NCBI GenBank assembly: GCA_013697625.1
Contig: JACCWN010000133.1
Span: 32,442-96,441, forward strand
DNA: 64,000 nucleotides
Direction of reading: 5' to 3'
From: Legionella sp.
GTDB taxonomy: Bacteria > Pseudomonadota > Gammaproteobacteria > Legionellales > Legionellaceae
The notes below the pieces were generated by a model. It was given only the letters and a program-made list of their open reading frames with translations, was not told the origin of the DNA and made no database searches. How positions within the stretch are numbered: the first letter of the stretch is position 1; every line of letters starts with the position of its first letter. The position numbers and the translations under genes were made by a program. Shown here one piece after another: positions 32,635 through 40,482 of this stretch.

Positions 32635-33012
32635 CTACAATCCAGCTTTAAATGTTTTATCAGGTTCATTAGACTTTGTATGTTCTTTCTTAGACGGACC
32701 CATAAACCCTAGTTCTGTGTCTGAAGGTTTAATAGGCTCCTTCACATGTTTAGGATTAACTTTTATAAATGGATTTGATTGGGTAACTAATTGACTGCTC
32801 CTACTTTGGGAGGTATCGTAATTCACTGAGTCCTTACCTAGAGATATACATTTATTTAAATACTCATTAAATTCAGGAGAATGAAGCTGATGGTTTAGGA
32901 TATTTTCCATAACTACTTGGTTAAATATTGAAACCCTGTCAATTTTTATGGCTGCATTGAATGCCAAGGTAACTTGAGAATTTAAAGTTGTATTCGCAAT
33001 CATAGATTGCAA
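32635..33012 (-). CDS. hypothetical ORF, in-frame continuation of the upstream 481-aa ORF after a single TAA
   Basis: Same reading frame as 33019..34464. The sequence reads ...RDI-TAA-KQ-LQSMIANTT with no Shine-Dalgarno. The first start is TTG 33012 or ATG 33003. Polar Ser/Thr/Lys/Pro-rich C-terminus. Confidence 0.4.
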   Translation of the reverse strand: MQSMIANTTLNSQVTLAFNAAIKIDRVSIFNQVVMENILNHQLHSPEFNEYLNKCISLGKDSVNYDTSQSRSSQLVTQSNPFIKVNPKHVKEPIKPSDTELGFMGPSKKEHTKSNEPDKTFKAGL

Positions 33013-33018
33013 TTGTTT

Positions 33019-34464
33019 TTAAATATCACGGTTTAATATTTTTATCACATGCATTGGAAACCCTTTATCAGAAGCTTGGATAAGCTGTGTTTGAATTTTT
33101 TCCATTGCTACTTGGATGCACTGAATTTTATCTTCGTTTGAAATAGGTTTGTTCATTGTACTTTCATAGTTTTTAAGTATTGCTTTGAGCATTGGTACAT
33201 TACAACTGCCATAAGATTCTGAAAGCCGATAAATTTTTTCCATACTCAGGTAAGTGTTGGTGACTGCAAAGACAGGGTCGCTTTCTGGGAAAAGCGTGTT
33301 TTCTGAAAATTTGTTGTATTCTGCATGTGTCATTTTTAGAGTTTTTCTATCATCACTTATTATGGCATCTGAAAAATATGTTTTAATTACTTGAGGATCC
33401 AGTACTTTGTCGAAATGCACATAAACATATCTTGGATCCTTATTCAATGACACCTCCAAGATTTTTGAGCCATGTGGTTCGGTATTGACATGTTTGTAAG
33501 CACGACCATCATCAGAATATAATCTGGGTTTATTGAACATCATTTCAAGAGTAATTGTCTGCTTGAGCAATGAAAGCTTATCTTCATCAAAGGCAATGCT
33601 TGGAAGAATTGGTTTTCCATCAAGGCGAGGAAACCCCTGAAATGCAGTTTGAATTCTACGTTCAAGTGAATGAAGCATAGTCTGTGCATCATCTCGTAAC
33701 AAAATAAGGGTGGCTTTTGTTTGTACATTTTCAGAATTTTTTTCAAGCGAATCTAATTTTTTCAATGCTGCCATATGTGTAAAAAATAGTCCTCTTACAT
33801 TGTCTAGTATTTCTGTTTCCTTTCGTACAAGTTTTGCAATACTATCGACTTTTGCATTAACTGATGAATCATTGATCATCGACCTATTACGACAAATGAA
33901 ATGTCTTGCCACCCCTGGTATCATGGACTTCCAAGTTGAGGGTATTAAACTTGCTCTCGAGTCAAGTGATAAGGTATCTGAACCTTTTATAACTTGATCA
34001 AATACGTACAAATCACGACCATTCATCAATGCTTTATTTTGGTTGTTTTTCCCAATTGCATCTGGGTCACTACTGACATAAAGTAAACCCAAGATTTTAC
34101 CCAAATCATCTACACATTGATCTGCTTCAAATCCCTCCCCAACACTTTTAATAGTTGAATCTTTTAGATAATCAGACTCTGGTTTACCTTTTGCGAATGC
34201 CTTTAATGTGTCAATTTTTTCAAAAGGAATAAACAGGGCGGGGTTACTATTATAAGATACCATCGTTGATTGTGTTGTTTTGTGGTCAAGTTGTCTTGAG
34301 ATGTTCAAAGCGATGGCTTCGTGTTGAACCTCTAAAATGTCACCATGCTTTGGCAACTTTAACATGGCCTCAGGCGTAAGTTTATAATCACTGGGATGGT
34401 TGAGATCTATTTTTTCCGTTGCCAATCTGTTAAGCATGCTCAAAGCATTATCATGGCTTACCAA
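33019..34464 (-). CDS. hypothetical effector-like protein (central fragment of a probably disrupted gene)
   Basis: 481-aa ORF with no recognisable family. The frame is open for 96 nt upstream of the first start codon (TTG 34464, ATG 34437). Confidence 0.55.
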   Translation of the reverse strand: MVSHDNALSMLNRLATEKIDLNHPSDYKLTPEAMLKLPKHGDILEVQHEAIALNISRQLDHKTTQSTMVSYNSNPALFIPFEKIDTLKAFAKGKPESDYLKDSTIKSVGEGFEADQCVDDLGKILGLLYVSSDPDAIGKNNQNKALMNGRDLYVFDQVIKGSDTLSLDSRASLIPSTWKSMIPGVARHFICRNRSMINDSSVNAKVDSIAKLVRKETEILDNVRGLFFTHMAALKKLDSLEKNSENVQTKATLILLRDDAQTMLHSLERRIQTAFQGFPRLDGKPILPSIAFDEDKLSLLKQTITLEMMFNKPRLYSDDGRAYKHVNTEPHGSKILEVSLNKDPRYVYVHFDKVLDPQVIKTYFSDAIISDDRKTLKMTHAEYNKFSENTLFPESDPVFAVTNTYLSMEKIYRLSESYGSCNVPMLKAILKNYESTMNKPISNEDKIQCIQVAMEKIQTQLIQASDKGFPMHVIKILNRDI

Positions 34465-34517
34465 AATTATTTTTGCTGTAACTCCTCCAACTTTTTCAGG
34501 AATATCACAATACAGTC

Positions 34518-34856
34518 CTATACTGCCATCCGCTGTGGGATTTCTAAAACAGTCATTGAATCATAAACTTTATATAGGTCTATCATTGCCTGTTCGGAGC
34601 TAGATTTAGTAACTGTGGGTAACTTAGGGTTAAAAGTGGGTATATGTTTTTTAATTTCTGTCGCTAAATTTTTTAATCCCTTTAAACGAAGCTCATCCAA
34701 ATCTATGGTTTTCGGACTATTCTTTCCTTGTTTTACTTTTTTTTGAGAAAAATCTAGTGTGTCTAGAACAAGTATTGATGTCTGTTTTTCTTCCTTTGTT
34801 TCACCAGCTATCTCAGGTAGCGCACCTTGACGCATTGAACCATTTTTTTGCGGCAT
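34518..34856 (-). CDS. hypothetical ORF, possible 5' fragment of the same disrupted gene
   Basis: MPQKNGSMRQG... charged, Lys-rich 112 aa. Its 3' end overlaps the open upstream extension of the 481-aa frame (34518-34560). Confidence 0.4.
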   Translation of the reverse strand: MPQKNGSMRQGALPEIAGETKEEKQTSILVLDTLDFSQKKVKQGKNSPKTIDLDELRLKGLKNLATEIKKHIPTFNPKLPTVTKSSSEQAMIDLYKVYDSMTVLEIPQRMAV

Positions 34857-35192
34857 ATCACACCTCAATGATAAAACATGAGCAGTAACACATCAGGTTA
34901 AAGAGTAACCTTCTCCTGAACTTAAATACACTTTGAAACATATATTTTTTGAATAATCAGATATATCTTTATAAGGAATTATAAATTAATTATAGCAAGG
35001 TAAACTTAAGAGATTATTATTGTACAGTTGGAAGTGTAATTTATTTTAACTTTATGCTGAAAAAAAATTACTAGAGATTAGGAGTTTTTAAAGTAAGAAT
35101 TCTGTTAGGAAGTTTTTACTAAAATGTTTTAACTCGGTTAAATAAAACTGAAGGTCTTCATAAATGAGTGCTCAAAAAAATTGAGCTTATTC

Positions 35193-35280
35193 TGGCGGAG
35201 AGAGAGGGATTCGAACCCTCGATACGTTGCCGTATACACACTTTCCAGGCGTGCGCCTTCAACCGCTCGGCCACCTCTCC
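35193..35280 (-). tRNA. tRNA-Ser (anticodon GGA), class II
   Basis: The reverse complement ggagaggtggccgagcggttgaaggcgcacgcctggaaagtgtg...gggttcgaatccctctctctccgcca folds with anticodon stem cacgc/gtgtg, loop ctggaaa and a long variable arm. Confidence 0.9.
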
Positions 35281-35437
35281 TAATAGGGAAGGGGAGCTTA
35301 TACTTTCTTCTTGAGAAAATCAATAGCCATGTCTGCAACATATCCATATCAAGGGTACTTAAAGTATTGATTTAACCTTTGAATGTTTTTTAAAATCAGT
35401 GATACTATTGAATTTAATTTAAATATAAAGGTGAAAT

Positions 35438-35911
35438 ATGTTAAAAGTGGGCATTACGACTCTGGCCTTGTTAGTTACAAGTCCGCTTTGGGCTTTTATT
35501 TGTGATTTAACTGTAATAAAAGACAGTTGTTGGGCAAAGGCACCTTATGATGTAACAATAGATGTAATAGATTCTGGGGCTAGCATCCCAAGCAAGTTAG
35601 CCACTCTAACAATGTCACGAGAAGAAATTTTAGGAAGACAAGTTTTTGAGTGTAAAGCATCTCAAATTCTGACGTATAGGGCCAGGTTTAAACCGGCTAT
35701 GTGGCAACATGATGCAAATTTGATTTATTCATCTAAATCCTCTTTGAGCCTACCAGCCCTTATTCATCCAGGTGATACAAGCTGGAATTTAACCCTTTGT
35801 TATTCCACTGCTTTTTCTGGTGTGCCTTTGCCTACAGAAGCTATATCCATGTGTACCTGTGATTATTCAAGCGTTCCCTCAATAAGGTTGATTCAAAAAA
35901 AAATGATTTAG
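35438..35911 (+). CDS. hypothetical Cys-rich secreted/periplasmic protein
   Basis: Signal-peptide-like MLKVGITTLALLVTSPLWA, seven Cys, 157 aa. Ends 10 nt before nagZ. Confidence 0.55.
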   Translation: MLKVGITTLALLVTSPLWAFICDLTVIKDSCWAKAPYDVTIDVIDSGASIPSKLATLTMSREEILGRQVFECKASQILTYRARFKPAMWQHDANLIYSSKSSLSLPALIHPGDTSWNLTLCYSTAFSGVPLPTEAISMCTCDYSSVPSIRLIQKKMI

Positions 35912-35921
35912 GAGATAATAG

Positions 35922-36995
35922 TTGATTACACTAAGAAATAAAATAGGTCAAATGTTGGTGATGGGCTTTACTGGATGTGTTCTTCAAGATAATAGCCCAG
36001 TTACGCAGTGGTTATCTCATGATGGGTTAGGGGGCGTTTTACTATTTGATAAAGATTTATCTACAGGGTTGTTTGGAAAAAATTTAAGAAATCAAAACCA
36101 AATCAAACAACTCATTCATCAACTTAATCGATATTCAGCTAATAATTTATTAACCGGAAGCAAAGTGCCACTTTTAGTAGCCTTAGACTATGAAGGCGGC
36201 TCCGTAGACCGTTTGTCAAATATTGATGGGTGCATGACCACTATGGATGCGCTTTCATTAGCTAGAGTATCTGAATCAGTTTTAGAAGAAGAATTTTCTC
36301 TGATGGCAAAGACCATGAAGTCCTTAGGCTTTAATGTAAATTTTGCCCCTGTTGTTGATTTACACCTGAATGATCAAGGGATCATTGGCAATTTAAAACG
36401 CAGTTTTTCTGCAAATCCAGAAGAAGTGGTTCATATTGCCAAAAAGTTTGTTGATATTTTTGCAGAGCATGGTATCGCCTGTGCTTATAAGCATTTCCCT
36501 GGGCATGGAAGTGCAATTGGTGATACACATGAAGGTTTCGTAGATGTCAGTGAGACCTTTCAAAGTAGGGAATTAGAACCCTATAATAGCCTATTAAAAA
36601 ATTATGAACAGCTCGTCATGGTGATGACAGCCCATGTGGTGAATAAAAAATTAGATAGTCAAGCTTTACCGGCTACTCTGTCTCATGAGATTCTAACAGG
36701 AATATTACGCCAAAAGATGGGATATGATGGCATCATTATAAGTGATGACTTACAAATGCAAGCCATTGCAAATCACTATACACTTGAAGAAGCATTGTCT
36801 TTGACAATCAATGCGGGCGCAGATATGTTGATATTTGCCAATCAATTAGGCAATCATTCAGCACCCCAGCTCATCGATACTATTGAGCAGTTGGTTTTAG
36901 AAGAAAAAATCAATCCCCAGCGCATCGATAATGCTTTTAGAAGAGTAATGCGTTTAAAACAACAAATGGAATGTCTTGAACTGACTCAAGATTAA
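35922..36995 (+). CDS. nagZ: beta-N-acetylhexosaminidase (glycoside hydrolase family 3, NagZ-like)
   Basis: LVALDYEGGSVDRL, KHFPGHGSAIGDTHEG and IISDDLQMQAI blocks typical of GH3 NagZ. TTG start. Confidence 0.82.
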   Translation: MITLRNKIGQMLVMGFTGCVLQDNSPVTQWLSHDGLGGVLLFDKDLSTGLFGKNLRNQNQIKQLIHQLNRYSANNLLTGSKVPLLVALDYEGGSVDRLSNIDGCMTTMDALSLARVSESVLEEEFSLMAKTMKSLGFNVNFAPVVDLHLNDQGIIGNLKRSFSANPEEVVHIAKKFVDIFAEHGIACAYKHFPGHGSAIGDTHEGFVDVSETFQSRELEPYNSLLKNYEQLVMVMTAHVVNKKLDSQALPATLSHEILTGILRQKMGYDGIIISDDLQMQAIANHYTLEEALSLTINAGADMLIFANQLGNHSAPQLIDTIEQLVLEEKINPQRIDNAFRRVMRLKQQMECLELTQD

Positions 36996-36998
36996 TAC

Positions 36999-37028
36999 TT
37001 GACTTAAAGGGACTGTATTTGTTAGAAT
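36999..37028 (+). promoter_or_regulatory. candidate sigma-70 promoter for the symporter gene
   Basis: ttgact (36999-37004), an 18-nt spacer, then tagaat (37023-37028). Confidence 0.35.
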
Positions 37029-37125
37029 ATGCTCTAAGTGTCCAATAATAAAACTCAAGAGCCCACTGATGAATGCAGCGGCTTTCCATTTGCTGTTAAG
37101 CAGCTATTACTAGTAAGGATTTGGT

Positions 37126-38406
37126 ATGTGTTCAAATCGGTCGCAAAAAAATAATAATCTCATTTTAAGCGCTCCAGTATTGTACACTTTTATGATAATC
37201 TTAGGTGTCTTCAGTGGATTATCTGATATCTCCTTTTTAAAAGATTTAGGCTTAATCATCTCTGAATTATTTATAAAACTATTCAAATGCATAAGCCTAC
37301 CCATCATCTCTCTATCTATCATTGTTACTTTGGCAAACTATAAAACAGATGCATTTATGTTGCGTATTTGGCAAAGAACCATTCGCTATACTTTTTTAAC
37401 AACCTTTGTAGCTGCAACCATCAGTTTCATTTTGTATGTCTTGATTGATCCCAACACAGTTCAGGTTCATTTGCACCAGTCAAATGCTGCTACTATGAAT
37501 AAATCCAGTTACTTAAGCTATTTAGCAAACATAATTCCAACAAACCTGTGGTCTCCATTTTTAGAACAACAGGTGATGGCAGTGCTTTTACTCAGTCTCA
37601 TGATAGGATTTTCTGTTCGTAAAGTGCCTGATGTACAAGCTCGGGAAACCATCACATTATTTTTCAGAGGGGCTCATGGACTATTTATCGTAATGACTGG
37701 CTGGATTATCAAGTTAATACCATTGGCTTTGTTTGGTTTCATTACATCTACAGTCGTTCAATTGCGTTCTGGAACAGATATTAAGGGCATAGGCCAATAT
37801 TTATTAATCATCGTTTTAGCAAATTGTATCCAAGGCTTCATAATATTGCCTTTGTGGTTAAGAATGAATGGAATTAGGCCTTTTAAGGCGATGCGTGCCA
37901 TGCTCCCAGCCTTATCAGTGGCTTTTTTCTCAAAATCATCGGTTGGAACATTGCCTGTTACTATGGCAACTATTGAGAAAAATTTAAATGTAAACCCTCA
38001 AATAAGTAGATTTGTCCTGCCTTTATGCACCAGTATCAACATGAATGGATGTGCTGCATTTATTTTTGCTACGGTCATTTATCTCATGCAAAGCCATGGT
38101 ATGCCTGTAACCTATCTAACAATGGTATTATGGGTCTTTGTCGCAACCATAGCAGCCATTGGTAATGCTGGCGTGCCCATGGGCTGTTTTTTCTTAAGTG
38201 TGAGTTTGTTAGCTGGGATGAATGTACCAATTACATTGATGGGGGTTATCCTTCCTTTTTATGGCCTTATTGATATGTTAGAAACCTCATTAAATGTTTG
38301 GTCAGATGCTTGTGTGACTAAGGTAGTTAATGAAAAGGCTATGATAGAAAATAAAATAAAAAATCCTTCACCAACTCCAGATTTTTTAGAACCAGAGCTG
38401 AGTTGA
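37126..38406 (+). CDS. dicarboxylate/amino acid:cation symporter (DAACS family)
   Basis: 426 aa, polytopic, with FFSKSSVGTLPVTM and CTSINMNGCAAF reentrant-loop-type motifs characteristic of the GltP/SLC1 family. Confidence 0.82.
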   Translation: MCSNRSQKNNNLILSAPVLYTFMIILGVFSGLSDISFLKDLGLIISELFIKLFKCISLPIISLSIIVTLANYKTDAFMLRIWQRTIRYTFLTTFVAATISFILYVLIDPNTVQVHLHQSNAATMNKSSYLSYLANIIPTNLWSPFLEQQVMAVLLLSLMIGFSVRKVPDVQARETITLFFRGAHGLFIVMTGWIIKLIPLALFGFITSTVVQLRSGTDIKGIGQYLLIIVLANCIQGFIILPLWLRMNGIRPFKAMRAMLPALSVAFFSKSSVGTLPVTMATIEKNLNVNPQISRFVLPLCTSINMNGCAAFIFATVIYLMQSHGMPVTYLTMVLWVFVATIAAIGNAGVPMGCFFLSVSLLAGMNVPITLMGVILPFYGLIDMLETSLNVWSDACVTKVVNEKAMIENKIKNPSPTPDFLEPELS

Positions 38407-38507
38407 CTAAATAAAAGTTATCTGATGTAGGATATTTTTTCAATAAACAGTTGGCTTTTATATCATAGGAGTGGATTTAAATTCATCTCTAAGTATATTC
38501 AAAAAGT

Positions 38508-39707
38508 TCATCTGTTTACTGATGTTAAATGATTAGACAGGCTGTTTTCTGTTTTGGTCAAAACCCTGCTAGCTTCCCTATCTTGAAAAAACAGATTTTT
38601 CATTTTAAATTTAGTGCTCAAACATTCATTGGCCTGATAGGTTGATTTTGGTATTGTGCCAAGACCTGCCATGTCTGCAATCAGAGGATATAAATCATTA
38701 GTGACTGTACCTTTGGTGAATATTTCTAATCCAGTACCACAGGATGCGTCTTTAAATGCTTGACTGACCGTAAACAAAGCCCAGGCCTGGCGCTCTTTTT
38801 GGAGAGGCGCGTGTTTCATCATATGATTTAATGCTTGATGATCTATATTGGCTTGCGAAAAATGATAGGCATCCAATTTTTGAATTGCTAAAATATGCTG
38901 TTTGGTTTCTCTGCTTGGAATTATAAATCCAAAGCATTTTTTTACTGGGCTTGATAATGGACTTAAATGATACATTCCTAGAATTATCATATCCTTGTCA
39001 AAATCCTCATTGTTTTGGCAAGTTAAATAGATAGGAGAGATATAAAAATCAGTTTTATCAAAATTTTGTAGAACAAAGCTCTGCCATTGGCTGTTATCTT
39101 GTAGTTTTGTTAGTAACAAATTATAATCAAGAGTGTTTTTATTTGAAGCATTTACATCTGGAAATGTTGGATTTACTTTAGAAAAAAATACTGGTGTTGT
39201 TAAAACCAAAGCATTTTGCTGCAAAAGATATCTTCTATAAAGTATTAATATTGGAGACAACAATAGGGTAGTAAGAGCCGCGAGTATATGATTAAAAGGT
39301 ATGGTGAGAGCGGCAAGTATAAAAGCTGGTACTAATAAGGGGAAAGAAACAACAAAAAGTGCTTTTTGCCAGAAGGTATCAAGCCTACCATTGGGCATAT
39401 AGACCACGAAAATACTAAAAAAAAATTTAAATACGGCTGGAATAATAAATAGATAATCGATAATCCCAAATTCAATAGCAAAGCCTTGACCATCTCTTTG
39501 GCTAAATAATCCCCCAGTTAGGCTTAAAAGAAAAGATAAAAAAAAGTTTTTTTGTTTGATGAACATGTCGTCTAGGAGTAGTTTGCTATCATAAGGATTA
39601 AATTTTTTGATAGATATCAGCGGTTGTAGTTTACAGATGATTGCATGGGTGAAAACAATAAGGATGTTTATAAAAATCATATCATTTATTGTATATTTTA
39701 TCAACAC
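38508..39707 (-). CDS. hypothetical membrane protein, paralog family member 2 (effector-like)
   Basis: Colinear similarity to 7132..8253: KKFNPYDSKLL/YRFNPMVYSDSL, GIIDYLFIIPAVFK/GILDYLLVIPFIIQ, LLLSPILILYRRYLLQQ/LLLATPFLLRYYNHIQQQ, and C-terminal GTGLEIFTKGTVTNDLYPLIADMAGLG/KTGLANVAGGTVPDRLFSEISKYAGLD. Start uncertain (GTG 39707 or ATG 39680). Confidence 0.62.
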   Translation of the reverse strand: MLIKYTINDMIFINILIVFTHAIICKLQPLISIKKFNPYDSKLLLDDMFIKQKNFFLSFLLSLTGGLFSQRDGQGFAIEFGIIDYLFIIPAVFKFFFSIFVVYMPNGRLDTFWQKALFVVSFPLLVPAFILAALTIPFNHILAALTTLLLSPILILYRRYLLQQNALVLTTPVFFSKVNPTFPDVNASNKNTLDYNLLLTKLQDNSQWQSFVLQNFDKTDFYISPIYLTCQNNEDFDKDMIILGMYHLSPLSSPVKKCFGFIIPSRETKQHILAIQKLDAYHFSQANIDHQALNHMMKHAPLQKERQAWALFTVSQAFKDASCGTGLEIFTKGTVTNDLYPLIADMAGLGTIPKSTYQANECLSTKFKMKNLFFQDREASRVLTKTENSLSNHLTSVNR

Positions 39708-39820
39708 TTAAAATACTCTAAAACTTAAAAAGTAATATTAAAAACCTGCTGATATTTTAACTGCAGCCATTTTAGTAAAGGCCTTGTTTAAGCATTTTAA
39801 ATATACTAAGTGCATTGTTG

Positions 39821-39848
39821 TTGTAAAGTTACAGTGATCTGTTATAAT
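39821..39848 (+). promoter_or_regulatory. candidate sigma-70 promoter for secB
   Basis: ttgtaa (39821-39826), a 16-nt spacer, then tataat (39843-39848). Confidence 0.3.
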
Positions 39849-39891
39849 ACTACCCGGTTCAAAGTTAACATAGCACTCAAGGAAAAATGCC

Positions 39892-40389
39892 ATGCTGGAT
39901 AGTACACAAACCGAGTTTTCAACCAACCCTCAAGACATAAAGATCACTGACTCTACGCAATCACAAGCGGCTCGTATTGTTATTCATAAAATATACAACA
40001 AAGGCCAACAATTTATAATCGATGGTTTTACTGACGATCTTACCAAAAATTGGAATCCTCAAATAACTTTACAGGCAAATCCACGCATACAATTATTAGA
40101 ATCAGGCCAGTATGAAGTCATTTTAACAATTCATATCAAGGCTCAGCAAATAGATAAAATGCTTTTCCAAATCCAACTAGAACAAGCTGGCTTATTTACT
40201 TTACAGCAGGTTGCTGAAGAACAAAAAGAACTGGTTTTATATGGAGCTTGTTCTAATGCCTTATTTCCTTACGCCGCAGTGATGGTGAATCAGATACTTT
40301 CGCAAGCAGGGCTTCCTCATATATATTTAAATCCCCTAGATTTTGTAACCCTTTATCAACAACATCAAGCAAAACCAAATAAAATTTAA
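39892..40389 (+). CDS. secB: SecB-family protein-export chaperone
   Basis: 165 aa. FQIQLEQAGLFTLQ...LYGACSNALFPYAAVMVNQILSQAGLPHIYLNPLDFVTLYQQ parallels the remembered E. coli SecB blocks CEVQQGGIFSI...[40 protein letters not shown]. Confidence 0.8.
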   Translation: MLDSTQTEFSTNPQDIKITDSTQSQAARIVIHKIYNKGQQFIIDGFTDDLTKNWNPQITLQANPRIQLLESGQYEVILTIHIKAQQIDKMLFQIQLEQAGLFTLQQVAEEQKELVLYGACSNALFPYAAVMVNQILSQAGLPHIYLNPLDFVTLYQQHQAKPNKI

Positions 40390-40482
40390 TCCCAAGAAAA
40401 GCGGTCAGCATTGAAACCCTAACAACAAATCGCCGTTTCAACTGGACCAATTATTTTTCGTTTGACCATTTAAGGATCTACA

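Noticed and set aside
39738-39926. 62-aa ORF on the minus strand in the divergent region between paralog 2 and secB. Similar small ORFs: 37110..37322(-), 52708..52914(-), 8057..8287(-).
   Set aside because: They overlap promoters or 5' ends of better-supported genes and have no Shine-Dalgarno or motif support.
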